A stretch of 64,000 nucleotides of DNA from Azolla caroliniana (GCA_043228905.1 JBHGNT010000015.1:4774001-4838000), one strand, 5' to 3'; positions 48,488 to 63,068 are shown, counted from the first letter of the stretch. Notes: generated from the letters alone by a model not told the origin. Program-made: numbers and translations.

Positions 48488-49415
48488 GATTAAGAAACTG
48501 AATAGATACTTAATTAACAATTAACGAGATTAATCACTCCCTTAATCTTCTTCTTTTTTGAGTACCACTTTTATTACTAGTGGGAAACCTCACATTTTAT
48601 CCCTTAAATCAATCATGGCGTCACCTCACATTTTTCTATTTCTCAGTTTCTTTTAGTGGGACATTCATTTCCGTGTCCGAAGAAACGTATTCATTTCCGT
48701 GTAACATCCATCAGATCAAGTCAAACGAAGCATACAAGTAATGTTTAGAGACTAAACCTAGCACCCATCACATTGTGCGCCCGAACATGAGAACTCACGA
48801 TTGGCCTCTACTTACTGACAACACTATAATAGTGTATCGTGTTTACGTGTCTAAGTTTAAGAATTCTAAGGGGTCAATAGGGTTCGAATCACTAATGTCT
48901 TCGGTATAACATAGCATTATACGGTGTTGTATAAATACAATGCTTCAGAATGCAATATCTTGATAGATGAGCCTATTTCCTTTCCTTGTTGGACCTATTC
49001 GTATTGATATTGGATTTGTACGTAGCTAGTTGGTGCAAAGTTTCCCTTCCCTCATTATCTAATGTTCCTATTCAAATTTCACACCATAGTAAGCATCACT
49101 AATTCATAGGTTTATCACAACATCAACCCTCTAGTTTCACCCCTACTAGGGCCATTGATAAGACTTAATGACAAACCTTACACATACAAAATGTTGTTTT
49201 CGAGACTCCTACAATAATTTTGTGTATCCTCATTATTATTATTATTAATTTACTTATCCTTACTCTTTTTCTTTCTCAGATGATTCAAATTTTGTGTCTA
49301 AATCCGCAAGGTACTTTGGAGCATCATTTTGTAGGACAAAGTCTACACGACACTTGAGAACTATATTAAAATTACTAACATTGCTAGCTAAAGGAACCCT
49401 CAACATGTACTTAGC

Positions 49416-49818
49416 TTGGCCCTTCATATCAAAATCACTCTCAATGCATTTGAGAAATCTCGTATGTCTTGTTCTTTACAATTAATGAGGCAAATTGTGC
49501 CATGTATAGTTCAATGGATGTGCATCCGAAGGTTTTGTCCTCTAATCCCCCCTCCCTCAAATTTTGCAGAACTCTTAAGAAAAACATATATAAGTCATGG
49601 TACTAGTTGGTTCTATTATTGGCCCTTCTTATCAAAGTCAATCTCAATGCATTTGAGAAAGCTCTTATGTCTTGTTCTTCATAGTTAATTCAGAGGCAAA
49701 TTATGCCATGTATAGTTCAATGGATGTGCACCCCAAGCTTTTGTCCTCTTATCCCCTCCCTTTCAAATTTTGCGCAACTCAAGAAACATATATAAGTCAT
49801 GGTACTTGTTGGTTCTAT
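49416..49818. repeat. Diverged ~200-bp tandem duplication
   Basis: Units start TTGGCCCTTC at 49416 and 49619 and end GTTGGTTCTAT. Confidence 0.85.
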
Positions 49819-51245
49819 GTAGATGTTTTCCAAAAATGGCAATGAATGCCACATGTTAAATATTTTAATCATTTACAAAAGGATGACTATGGTGTGATTC
49901 ACTTGATTGATTTTTTATAACTTCTATTGATGTCATTTACTTTGGTTACCCTTTGAGAGAATGGAAACCTTAACTACATATATACCTACTATTAAACTTG
50001 TTTTTAATTAGCCGTTGAAATCTCAATTAGTAATGGTCATTAGGTTGCCTGATCAAAGAATTGACAATTGTCCAATCAACTCTCCTTCGCATGACTAAAG
50101 TTTTTACCATGTTGCAATTTACTTCACTCTTAAGGTCAAAAATAAGAAGATTGCATGTGCTTAATGTTGGTTATAAGATATAATATGATTTGTGTGTTTC
50201 TTGCTTGAAATAAGTTTGATTATTGCATATAGGTGAATGTTCTAACACAATCCCAATCATAAACATGTTCAAACTATGTTGGAAAACTCGTTGAATTGGT
50301 ACTATCATGTTTTCTTTAAATGGCATTGACAATGTAGGTTTCTAGATTACACTTGACATAACATTGATTCCATGTAAATTAAAGTTCATGAATCATGGAT
50401 GAATTGTAGAAGTGGGTTGATGATTCTTTGAAGCTCAACAATGTTTTCATACTCATTTGTGATCTAGCCAAATTTTTGTAATTTTATGCATAACAATAAG
50501 TGAGGTTTAATCTTAAATTTTTCCTATGGATGACATTATTCCTACAATGGTGTTGCGGTACACCAAAGACATAAAACCAAGTTGATCATCCTTACCAATT
50601 TACAAACCAAACGAATTCGACGAGAAAAGCAATGCACTTATATAGTGACTTTGATTTTATTATAGCATTGCACATATTATAGAGTATACTAATTACTTGT
50701 ACAAAGTAGGGTTATGATCTGAACTTAAGCTCGCATCGAAAGATGGTCTAACTACTAGGCTTCATACATAGAAACAAATGTTTTTTCCGTAGAGATATGT
50801 CCCTCCATTTCAAATTTCATTAGTTGTTGCAATAAGGTATCTTATATATTTATAGAAATGGCCCATGGGTTTAGGGTTTTTAGGGTTCATGCTTCGCTTG
50901 AACTTTTAACACTCTTTCTTCACCATGCCCTTCTTTCATAACAACATGTGTTATGTGTTCTTGTAAAGCGAGAAAGTTTAAAGATATAAAACTGAATTAA
51001 ATCAAGTAACATATCAAAACATGACACTCTGTGTTAGAGCACAAGATGGAAACATTACCCGATACTCTGTTTATGGGAAGCACAACCAAGGGAAACTCGG
51101 CTATTTCAAGGAGTAGGCCTGAAAACAGAGATACAGACTTGACACTCAAGTGGAAAAATCGATGGTGGGTGACTCACAAGGGAACAGACATGGAAGAAGT
51201 GTAGCCAGGGGGGGGATTTGAGCGAAGCTGAAAGAGGGAGACAAG

Positions 51246-51710
51246 TAACAATCGGCAACGGTTCGATTTGAGAGGGTGTCCAAACCAAACTGTTAATTTT
51301 TTTTGAAACCTGAACCAAACCGTGAAACTGTTAAACATTTTTCAAACCGTTAAACCTTAAAAACTGCGGTTTCGGTTTTCAACATAGGTCAAATTTTTAA
51401 TTTTTTAAAATTTATAATATTTTATTATTTAGAATTTTTAAAAATTTTAAGATGTTCCTAAAATGTGAGAATAAGGTGTAAAAATGAAAAGATGGTTAAA
51501 AAATAATTTTTAGAATTTTTTGGAATTTTTTAAAAAAAGAAGGAAAAAAAGAAATCGTTAAACCATTTAAACTGTGGTTTTTTACTGTTGAAACCAAACC
51601 GAAACCGAACCGAACCGAACCGTTTAAAAACCTAAACCTGAACCGTGGAAACCGTTAAACCGCGGGTTCGCGGTTCGGTTCGGTTCAAACCGAACCGTTG
51701 CGGATTGTTA
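51246..51710. mobile_element. Non-autonomous DNA transposon (MITE), probably hAT type
   Basis: 26-bp TIRs TAACAATC(G/C)GCAACGGTTCG(A/G)TTTGA with 2 mismatches. Flanks GAGACAAG/GAGACGAA match at 6 of 8. Subterminal AACCG repeats and an AT-rich core. Confidence 0.8.
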
Positions 51711-52039
51711 GAGACGAAGGAAGTAGTGTACACAAAACTCCACATGAAGGAAGGAAGGAAGCCCACCAAAGGAGTGAGCGAGTGAGTAATGTGCTCTCAT
51801 AAATTTCAGTGCAAAATATGTACATACATATATCATATATGTATGAAGAAATACAGTGAATGAAAGAAAGAATGAAATGAACAACTGAATGAGTCTCAAG
51901 AGACTTACTTGAGACGTGCAGAGAAGAAGAAGGTATTCCCACGATCCCACGACGACGACGACAATGCAGAAGCCTCCTGCTCCTTCCCATTTCCCGCTCA
52001 AATCCCCATCGCCGTCTCTGCATCTCCTTTGATCCCGCC

Positions 52040-55000
52040 ATGGCTTCTTCTTCTTCTTCTTCTTCTTCTCCTGATCTGGCCCGACTTGCTCACCTCTTGA
52101 ATCCTGCCCTAGAAAAGATCATCAAGAACGCGGCGTGGAGGAAGCACTCGAAACTCGTCCAGGAATGTAAATCTGTAATCGACAAGCTCTCTGCACCAAA
52201 TCCGTCGTCCTCTTCATCAGGAAATGCCGAGACCTTGGATCCGAAGCTCCCCTTTAAGGCCCCGGAAAGCCCTCTCTTTGATGGCTCCCGTTACTATTTC
52301 AGCGCAGATGAAGCCATCTTCATCTTGCAACCGCTGGTTACTGCCTGTGAAACTGGATCTTTGAAGGTGGTTGAACCTGCGCTAGATGCAGTGCAGAAAC
52401 TGATCTCCCATGGATTCCTCAGAGGAGAAGTCGATTCAGCTAATGCTGTAGACAATGGAATCCTTGTACAGATAATGGAAGCAGTATGTAAATGCCACGA
52501 TCTTGCAGATGAAAGCATTGAACTTTTGGTTCTGAAAACTCTTCTTACTTCTGTCACTTCTGTGTTTTTGAGAGTTCATGGTGATAGCCTCCTCAAGGCT
52601 GTTAGAACTTGCTATAACATATACCTTGGGAGTAAAGTAGTTGTTAATCAGACCACAGCTAAAGCTTCACTTATACAAATGCTTGTTATTGTGTTCAGAA
52701 GAATGGAAGCCGATTCTTCTACCATTCCTGTTCAAGCCATTGTATTCACAGATCTAATGGAACCTTCTGAAAGGTCGTCCTCTGATTCAAATGTTACTCA
52801 ATTTGTGCAGAATTTCATAACAAAAGTGGTTCAAGACATCGAAGTTATTCTGAGCCCTCCTTCTTCAATCAAATCAATAGCACATAATGGAGCTTTTGAT
52901 GTTATAGCCTCAGAAAATACAGATCCTACAAATTACTTGGAATCAACAGACAAAGATATGTTAGATGCTAAACATTGGGAGATAAGTATGTATAAGAATG
53001 TGTTGGACGAGAGAAAAGGAGAGCTTTCAGAATTAGATCTTGATAGGTATGGCGATATGGAAAAGCATATCACAAATAAGCTTCGAAGGGATGCTTTCCT
53101 TGTTTTTAGGGCACTTTGTAAATTATCAATGAAGGTGTCACCACAAGAAGGAACAGATCCAGCCTCATTGAGAGGAAAAATTATAGCTCTTGAGTTACTC
53201 AAGATCTTATTAGAAAATGCCGGGGAGATTTTTCGAAAGAATGAAAGGTATTTTGTTGAAATTAGATATTTTCTACTCAAAACTTAAGGTCATATCATTG
53301 ATATGTATCTTACTTATCAGTTGGATCTTGATGTACAATTCAACAAAAGTAATTTCTTTTCGCAAAATTTGGGCTGACATCTCATGCTGAATCTAACGTG
53401 CATATCAATTGGATTTCAATATATTTTGATGTAACAGGTTTTTGGGTGCTATCAAGCAATATCTTTGCTTGTCTTTGTTAAAGAATAGTGCCTCAGGAAT
53501 CATGAACATTTTTCAACTTTCATGCTCTATTTTCATGAGCCTCATCTCAAAGTTTCGGATGGGATTAAAAGCAGAGATTGGAGTATTTTTTCCCATGATT
53601 GTCCTACGAGTGTTGGAGAATGTGGTGCAAGCAAACTTTCAACAAAAGATGGTGGTTTTGAGGTTTCTAGAAAAGCTTTGTATTGATCCACAAATCCTCG
53701 TGGACATCTTTGTGAACTATGATTGTGATGTTGATGCATCCAATATTTTTGAAAGGTATTTCTAACTTAATGAAATGGAATTTCAGGCTTAAATAATTAC
53801 CCTCACCAATAGTGTTTCTTGGCATATTAAATATTTCTCTTGACAGGTTGGTAAATGGGTTGTTAAAGACAGCTCAAGGTGTCCCTCCTGGTGCGGTTTC
53901 TTCTCTCGCTCCCTTACAAGATGAGACATTGAAGCTTGCAGCAATGAAATGTCTAGTGGGAGTATTGAGATCAATGAAGAATTGGATGAACAAACAACTA
54001 AGAATTACAGACGCACACCATAACCAGAAAGCTGAAACTGATGAGGTAGGAGAGAATGGGGTTATTGTTATTAATGGTTCAAAAGAAGCTTTGGATGAAA
54101 CTTTAGAAGGGACAGAATCTCGCACAGAATCTAGCAGTGAAACTTCTGAAGTTGCAACCTTTGAGCAACGCCGTGCCTACAAATTAGAAATGCAAGTAAG
54201 AATGAATCCTGTATCTCTCTTTGAACATGTTCATGTCCATTTTTTGGAAATGAATGTGATTTTTTTATTCTCTTTAGAGCTAGGGGCCTTCATTAGCTAA
54301 GAATAGAACTGCCCAAGGCCTACATCCTGCACTAGGTGGTTGTGAACAAATTCAAAAGTGGATCATTGTTGTTTTACTTTGTAGTTTTCCTCATAATTGA
54401 TTGATTCCATCTATGTAGAACTTCATGCTCACATGATTCTTTTATCTTCTTTCAAAAATATTTGTCTGTTGTTGGAAATAATTGTTACACTTCTGGGATT
54501 ATTGTTAATTTGTAATTTTTTTCCCTTAGCTGATTGATTCCATGGAGTTTCACCAAATGTGCAGGAAGGGATCTCTCTGTTCAATAGGAAGCCCCAGAAA
54601 GGTATTGAGTTTTTGGTGAATGCCAAAAAATTGGGAGAATCACCAGAAGAAATATGTACTTTTTTGAAAAATACACCTGGATTGGATAAAGCAATGATTG
54701 GCGATTATCTTGGAGAAAATGAGGAGTTGGCATTGAAAGTCATGCACTCTTATGTGGATTCACATAACTTCAGAGGAATGGAATTTGATGAAGCAATCAG
54801 AACATTGTTGTTGGGCTTCAGGTTGCCTGGAGAGGCTCAGAAGATCGATCGTATAATGGAGAAGTTTGCTGAAAGATACTGCAAATGCAATCCGAAGGCA
54901 TTCACTAGTGCAGATACAGCTTACGTGCTAGCTTATTCAGTGATTCTGCTCAACACAGATGCACACAACCCAACAGTAAAGACGAAGGCAAGTAGAAAAT

Positions 55001-58000
55001 ATCCAAATATATCCAATGATGCTAGGTGTAATGTTGTTTGACAAAACCTCTTGGGATGCGTTACAGATGTCAAAGGCAGATTTTCTACGGAATAATAGAG
55101 GAATCGACGATGGCAAAGACATGCCCGAAGTTTTCATGGGAGCACTATATGATCGCATAGTGAAGAATGAGATTAAAATGAAAGGAGAGCCTACGATTGT
55201 TCAAAACAAACAACCTAGTGCAAATAAAATTTTGGGCCTTGATGCTATACTCAACATAGTTATTCGGAAACGAGGTGAGGAAAAGGCCGCTGAGACAAGT
55301 GATGATATCATTCGTCATATGCAGGAGCAGTTCAAAGCAAAAGCTGGAAAATCAGAGTATGTACGAAAATCCTTTGTGTTTGGGGATGCTATTTTATGTA
55401 TCTGTATAAATAACATCTCATGATAAGAGAAAATCATTTGAACTTTGCTAGCTGTTCTGAAAAGAAAAAACTCTGAAATGAAGGAAAACCGGTGTCAATT
55501 CTTTAAGTCATGATGGTATTTTTAATAAGAGAAAAACTCCCAGAGTTTTTCTTTATTTCTCTAGTTGTTTTAAAGATTTCTTTTCCCCCAAATGCTGCTG
55601 ATCAACCACTGAAAGGGAGAAAAAGGGATGAATTGACGATGTACTTGCTCAAATAGCTCTATAGTAGAGAAAAAAGGGTCAAATAAACTATATAAATGCT
55701 CCAATAGCACATGTAATTGCTAAAAGCAGGTTGATCATGGGCCTTTGGGGAAAAATAATGAAGCATTTGGGGCATTTGGGGAAATAAAGAAAAAAATCAG
55801 GGGTATCTCACAGTTTTCCCTTGTTATTATGACTTCAAACTTGGAGCTTTGTTAAGCTTCCGTTTGCATTTTGCAGAAGTATATTTTATGCTGCTACAGA
55901 TGTTGAGGTATTAAGGCCCATGGTTGATGTTGCTTGGGCTCCCACTCTTGCAGCATTTAGTGTGCCTCTGGATCAAAGTGAAGATGAAGTTATAACCTTT
56001 CAATGTCTGGAAGGTTTTCGTTATGCAGTGCACATTACTGCAGTTATGTGTATGCGGACTCAGCGTGACGCATTCTTGACTTCATTGGCGAAGTTCACAT
56101 CTTTGCATTCTGCGGCAGATATAAAACAGAAGAATATTGATGCTATTAAAGTATGCCTCTAATCTTGATGCTAATATTCTGGTGTCTTTGCCCATACAAC
56201 TGAGTTTATCAGATTTATACCAATACAGTATCTAAAGGAATGAGCATAGATAGAGGATTCTACAAAACATAACAGCACTTTTATCTAAACCTGGTTTTAT
56301 TATTTTTAAGGTTTTCTCTGACTGTGGTTTAGGGTTTAGAACAAGTAATGTTGTCAATCTCAAACCTTTTTTTCCCCCGCTTGATTTCTCTGTGAATTGA
56401 TTCCTATATGTGTAGTTTGGAGATAAGGGTCTGTCACTCTGAAGTAGGATACTTGCTCTAACTTTGCTATATTGAGCTTTATCCTTCTGGTTATCTTGAC
56501 TTATTTTATTTTAAAAAACAGGCCATTATAGCAATTGCAGATGAAGATGGAAATTATTTACAGGACGCATGGGAACACATATTAACATGTGTTTCACGTT
56601 TTGAACATCTTCATCTCTTGGGTGAGGGTGCTCCTCCAGATGCAACTTTCTTTGTGACACCTCAAAATGAGTCAGAAAAAACTAGGCAAGCATTGAAGTC
56701 TCCTGTTCTTCCTGTACTTCGAAAGAAAGGACCTGGACGATTACAATATACTGCTGCTTCTGCTGCTAGAAGAGGTTCTTATGATAGTGCTGGTGTAGGC
56801 GGTCATGCCTCAGGGGTTGTTACAACTGATCAAATGAATAACCTTGTTTCCAACCTCAATATGCTTGGGCAAATTGGAAGTTTTGAAATGAATCGCATAT
56901 TTACCCGAAGTCAGCGATTGAATAGTGAAGCTATAGTCGATTTTGTCAAGGCTTTGTGCAAGGTCTCCATGGAAGAGCTTCGATCACCTACTAATCCACG
57001 AATTTTCAGCCTTACAAAGATTGTGGAGATTGCGTAAGAGATTTGGGCTTATTGATTTACATATGTTGAACAGCTTTTTGTTAACTTGGCATTACTTACT
57101 TGCAAAATTATATTTTTTATCCAGGCATTTTAATATGAGCAGAATCAGATTAGTTTGGTCAAAGATTTGGAATGTGCTATCGGATTTTTTTATTAATATT
57201 GGTTGTTCTGAGAATCTTTCTGTAGCAATATTTGCAATGGATTCTTTGAGGCAACTGGCAATGAAATTCCTAGAACGTGAAGAGCTTGCAAACTATAATT
57301 TCCAAAATGAGTTTATGAAGCCATTTGTTATTGTAATGCGGAAAAGCAGTGCTGTTGAAATCAGAGAGCTTGTAATCCGCTGTGTATCTCAGATGGTTTT
57401 AGCCCGAGTAAACAATGTAAAGTCAGGATGGAAGATTATGTTTATGGTAAGTATATAGCTAAGCCTGTGTTTAACATATAAGTAGAGTCCATGGGTGGGA
57501 AAAAATACTTTAAGTTTGATTTAACCTTTAAATATATAATCCATGTACGGAAAATGTACGTGTGTGATCCTATGAAATTAATAATGATTTTCTATGCATA
57601 CAACGTGAGAGATTCTAAATGCATCTTAGGAACTTGAGCAAGTGGAGAAACTAATCGGGATCGTTGTCTGATCTTCCATGTATAGGTCTTCACCACAGCT
57701 GCAACAGATGACCATAAAAGTATTGTATTGCTAGCTTTTGAGACAATTGAGAAAATTGTTAGGGAGTACTTCCCATACATAACTGAAACTGAAACGACCG
57801 CTTTCACAGATTGTGTGAACTGTCTTATTGCTTTCACAAATAGCAGATTTAACCAGGATGTAAGCCTGAATGCCATTGCCTTCTTGCGGTTTTGTGCACT
57901 GAAATTAGCTGAAGGTGAGCTTGGCATTACTGGGAGAAACAAGGAGAAAGATAAATCTTCTTCACCCACATTCACAGACAGAGATGACCATATTTACTTT

Positions 58001-60816
58001 TGGTTCCCACTTCTGGTTGGTGAGTTAACAATACCTATTTATTCAGTTTAACACTTTGAGCATTTCTTAATTTACTTCATATATTTTCATTTTCGTTGTT
58101 ATTTTAATTATGGTTCCTTCTATTTCTCGGGACTTGCATCAACAACCTTGTTGTTACAAACAACAAGGTATGTTTCTACACCATCATGTTTATATATCTG
58201 AAATGTAGAAGTTCACTTAGGTAACCTTATGAAATCACTCGTGGAGTTGCCGACAGTTTCTTACCTTATGCCATTTGTTCTAGTAATACATGAAAATATA
58301 TTCTTGCAAAGATCCATCCATCCATCACCATGACAACTACTAACACCCATCATGACTTGTTTTACTATCCATGTATAGGCACAATCCCCAATAATGTAGA
58401 CACATGATCATGGATATAATGTCTGCTTGTAATGATGTAGAGAGAGAAATGAGATCTGGTGATTTACAGGCTTGTCGGAACTGAGTTTTGATCCCCGACC
58501 TGACATCCGTAAGAGCTCTTTGGATATATTATTTGACACGTTGCGAATCCATGGGCATTTATTCTCCCTTGGACTTTGGGAGCGTGTATTTGATTCTGTT
58601 CTTTTCCCTATATTTGACTCTGTTCGCAGAGCAATGGATCCTCCTCTGCACAGGCAAGAAGTCAAGGGAATAGGTGGTGAACAAATTGAAGTTGAGGTAG
58701 ATGCATGGCTTTATGAGACATGCACTTTGGCTTTGCAGCTGGTGGTTGACCTCTTTGTGAAGTTTTATGGGGTTGTGAATCCTCTAGTTGGAAAGATTTT
58801 GCATCTTTTAACTGGATTTATAAAGAGATCTCATCAAAGTTTGGCGACAATCGGTGTTGCTGCAGTTGTACGCTTGATAAGTAATGCTGGAAATCTCTTT
58901 TCAGATGAAAGATGGTCTGAAGTTTTGTCTGCATTAAAAGATGCGGCACTGGAGACATTGCCTGATTTTGTCAAGATAACAGAGATGATGGACCTTCAGG
59001 TGGCTCAACATATGCAGCAGAATGGTATTAAGGCTGATCAGTTAGAATCAGCTTTTAATCTCAAGAACCGGCTGCAATTTGCTATAGCAGATGTCAAATC
59101 GCGCACAGCTGTACAGCTACTTCTTGTCCAGGTAAAGATGTTTTGTGACTGTTTCAAGAGAATAATTTTGGGTGGTTTGTTAATCCTTCAATTGTTTTGC
59201 TGTTTCTCTGGAAAGATTGGTAATGGAGGGGGAAGGGGAATAGTACACCCTCTTTGATGGATTTGAAAGAATAGCATGAGGGAAAATCAGCAAAAACTTT
59301 CTAGTTTAGAGAGAGAAAGAAGAAAGATATACCAAACGTCTTTTAAGAGGCAAGAATGACCCATAAATCCAAACAAGAGATTACATATTAAAATGTTCTG
59401 TTGTCATTGTAAATAACAAACCAAACTAAATGTAACCAAGCAAAAAAGGAGAAGTAACTAAAGAATCCCGTTATCTACACATTGATTCCCAAGTCACATA
59501 GATTGTAATTTCCTCTAGCATAGGTCAATCTATAAGGGGGAAATTACAATGGTGGGAGGTAATGGCCTTTATTTGTCAATGACATTGGTGGTGAGGTTTC
59601 TGAGGAAGTAGAAGATAGAAACACAGTTTTCTGAAATATCTAAAGGCAGAGATCTAGAGACTAAAAACAATTATGGGGTTTAACACATAGGAGGGATTAA
59701 AGAAGTACAGTAGTTCTGGAAAACAAATGCCTAGCACTTAAAAAATATACAAGGTTGCAATGTCCTTGTTGGGAACCCATTTGTGTAGCCCTTCATTGAC
59801 TTGTAGCATAAGTAGGAGTGATAGGGCTAAAGAAAGTTGTGATTGTTTTTTGTTGATAGCTTGTGTGGCAAGTGTGTTGCATCCCATCTACCAAACCATT
59901 TCTATGGTTTGGTAGATGTGTAGTATAATGTGTGAAGCTTGAGCCTCCATGTTTGTCGCATGTTATGATACATTGATGTTGCAAAAAATGCCTCATTTAC
60001 AGAAGCATCTAGTGATGTATCATGAAGCAAGTGTGTTGCATCCAACCGGAATATGAAATTTTGTTTTTATGCGTCTTTTAGATCTTTTTGCTTATTTTGC
60101 ACGTGATTTTAGAAAGTCGATGTGAGAGACTTTTTCGAACCTTAAGCATGTATTCAACAACCTTTTCCATAGCCATGATCTCAATAGGAAGTGATCCCAT
60201 CTCAAGGAGGAGGTTATATGAAATTTATTTCTTTACTTGTAGAAACTTTCTAAGAAAATGTTTTTGGACATTTTCAAACTCTTTCCAAGTAGATTTAGGG
60301 ATATTGCCACCCCATACTTCCACCCATAGAGAAACACTAGTGTCACCAAAGTATTAGTATTTCTTGAGGACCCAACACTTAATATCTCCATGATTGTATG
60401 TGTTCTCAAATGCATAATATGCTCTGTTTCCACTCGCTAAGCAGTGTGTAGCACATTCATTCCATTCATCAATGATTTGAAGGAACTTCAAGGACAAGAT
60501 ATTTGATGGTTTCCACATACATTAAAGTGGCTTATTATTGTACATAATGCATGGTTTATCATTTTTTTGGTTCATCACAAGTAAAATCTTTGTTTTAGAG
60601 ATACTGGCACTTAATTTAGTATGCATGTAAATTGTTTCCAATGCTTTCATAACCTTTTATGCATCTCTTAAAGGATTTGCAAAAAGCACTACATCATTGC
60701 ACATAACAAAACCATTTCTTCCCATTCATTAGTGCATGGACCAAATAGAGTTGGTGAGAGAGAGAGAGATAGATAGATAGATAGATTATATTATTGTCTT
60801 TGGAGGTCAAATATGA

Positions 60817-60857
<41 letters not shown>

Positions 60858-61494
60858 TTGATTTTGATTTTAACAGGCAGTTGTTGAAATATACACCCTG
60901 CATGGTATGAGATTGATTAGTTCCCACGTTGTAATGCTCCTAGATATGCTGCATGATATAGCTATACATGCACACAATGTAAATGGAGACCTTGAAATGC
61001 GTTCAAAACTACAAAAGCTACAAGTGATTGCTCAAATACCAGATCCTCCTCTGCTTCGATTGGAAAGTGAATCCTACCAAGCATATCTAACATTCCTTCA
61101 ACATTTATGTTCAGATAAATCAGATCTAGTGACCGATACACAAGTTGAGCGTCGACTAGTTGAACTCTTCCAGGAAGTTTTGGAGTTATACCTTGATACT
61201 GCTACAGCTATCTCTGAATCAAGTAATCAAAATCAAGGACACGAAATCTCTTGGGTTATCCCATTGGGCTCTTCCAAGAGACGAGAGTTGGCTGCACGAT
61301 CTCCTCTAGTTGTAGCCACATTGCAAGCAATAAGTTGCCATCGAGAACCATCCTTTGAGAAATACTTGAGACAATTTTTCCCTCTTCTTGTTAGCTTAAT
61401 CAGCTGTGAGCATGGTTCAGGAGAAGTTCAAGTGGCTTTGAGTGATATGTTCAGTTCTTGGATCGGCCCTGCTCTTCTTCGCCCTGTATGTTAG
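52040..61494 (+). CDS. BIG2: Brefeldin A-inhibited ARF guanine-nucleotide exchange factor, BIG2/BIG3 type; 11 exons, 1769 aa
   Basis: Exons 52040-53247, 53438-53755, 53847-54195, 54565-54987, 55067-55356, 55877-56150, 56522-57033, 57125-57446, 57686-58019, 58470-59131 and 60877-61494 join in frame (5310 nt). Contains DCB, HUS box (FVNYDCD), Sec7 ([21 protein letters not shown]), HDS domains and C-terminal LISCEHGS. Exact orthology within BIG1-4 is not resolved. Confidence 0.95.
60085..60440 (-). mobile_element. Decayed non-LTR retrotransposon (LINE) fragment, region C-terminal to RT, in BIG intron 10
   Basis: Minus strand with frameshifts reads [41 protein letters not shown]...[11 protein letters not shown], a pattern typical of the post-RT region of LINE ORF2. 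It may extend to ~59800. Confidence 0.65.
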
Positions 61495-63036
61495 ATTTTA
61501 ATCTTTAACCCTATTGGAGAATGCAAAGAACGGCGACTTCGTTTCTTCCTTTCCCAATATAATGTGATGACATGTTTCTCTAACAAAGGATCAGAATTTG
61601 GGAGTTTTAACAGATCGTTTTGTAGTCATTGGCAACCTTGTTGTATGTAAATAATGGGTCTTTTCCCCAAATCAGCACATTTGCTATGGAAAATCAGTAC
61701 ACTTCCTGAGAGTATGATTTCAAGGAAGCAAATGTCAAATAGCTCTAAGGTGTGCCATATAAAAATTCGTTATGCATTCACATGAGGAAAAAATCAGTGG
61801 TGCAATTAACTGAAGGAGGTTTGGTTTGTCTTCAAATAAGACAACCCTGAGGATTTATTTAGGGACTGAAATTATATTCATTTTATGTTGCAATTCTTTG
61901 TTTCTTTGAGTTCATACGAGGCATTTTTCCATTCTCCTCTGTATTATTCTGACAAAATAAAATGTATTGTTAGACTCAGTCTTCTTGATTATCTATGGCT
62001 TTGCAGTGCCTTAAAAAGTCTTGCCATTGTACATTTGGACCCATTAAGTAGTGCAACCACTAATAATTGCAAGAAGCACCATAATTATGGACAAAGGAAA
62101 TGTGATGAATTAGAAGTTCGTGCTCATCACTGTGGCATTTGTCAATGTGAGTCTGCATATTTCTTTTGTCTATAGATTCCGTGGAGAGACTTGTCTTCTT
62201 AACTTTGCAACACAAACAATAATGCGTATGTTGTTTACCAGGAGGGATGATTCAGTACATGACATTTTGTGAAAATGGCTTTACACATTCTCATTTCATA
62301 TCTTTAGTGAGGAAGGTATTGACTTTGCACAAAAATATGGCTGGCTATGAGTAGTTCACCATTGATAGATGACTGTTTTTGTGGTCTAACAGGAAATTAT
62401 TCTATCCTTATTTGCAGTCATGTTGTAGAAGAGAAGAGCATACTTTTGAGGGTTTTCTTGTGGGAAATTAAACCCTCAGAACTTTGCCTGTTTTTGGAAT
62501 GTGCATGGACTTTTCCATTTTATGGAATTTATGGGATATTTTCGCTAAGTTTTTTGCTAATTTGTTAGCGATGGTAGTGTCATATTTTGATTAAATTCAT
62601 CTGCAAAATGGGTAGTGTCATATTTGACTAAATTCATATGCAAAATGATGAACATCTCAAGATATATAAGAAACACATATATGTAGTTGTATATGATAGA
62701 TCAAAGCCTTTCAAGGTAAATACTAATGTTAGTAATTAGGTAGGTCATAAAACTTTTGGGCTCACTATCTTTAATCCGATGACATGAAGCACTTAAGGAA
62801 TGACAAGATAGTTTTAACTTTCCAGTTTTCCAATTCTAGCACCGTGGCTCTGCCATCCATATTCTTCACGACATCTACAACATGTTTAGAGTTCCTTGTC
62901 CCACATCATGTCTTGTGGGGCCGTTGTAAGATGGTAGCCTCATGCTCAAAGCTCCTCACATGGTATGGGGAAGGTTCAAAGTTGCCTCCGTAGAAAATTG
63001 ACATTGTGTGGGCGCCAAGTCCGAACAATTGAGAAG

Positions 63037-63068
<32 letters not shown>

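Noticed and set aside
48875-48895. Isolated GGTTCGAATC B-box-like motif
   Set aside because: No A box or cloverleaf nearby.
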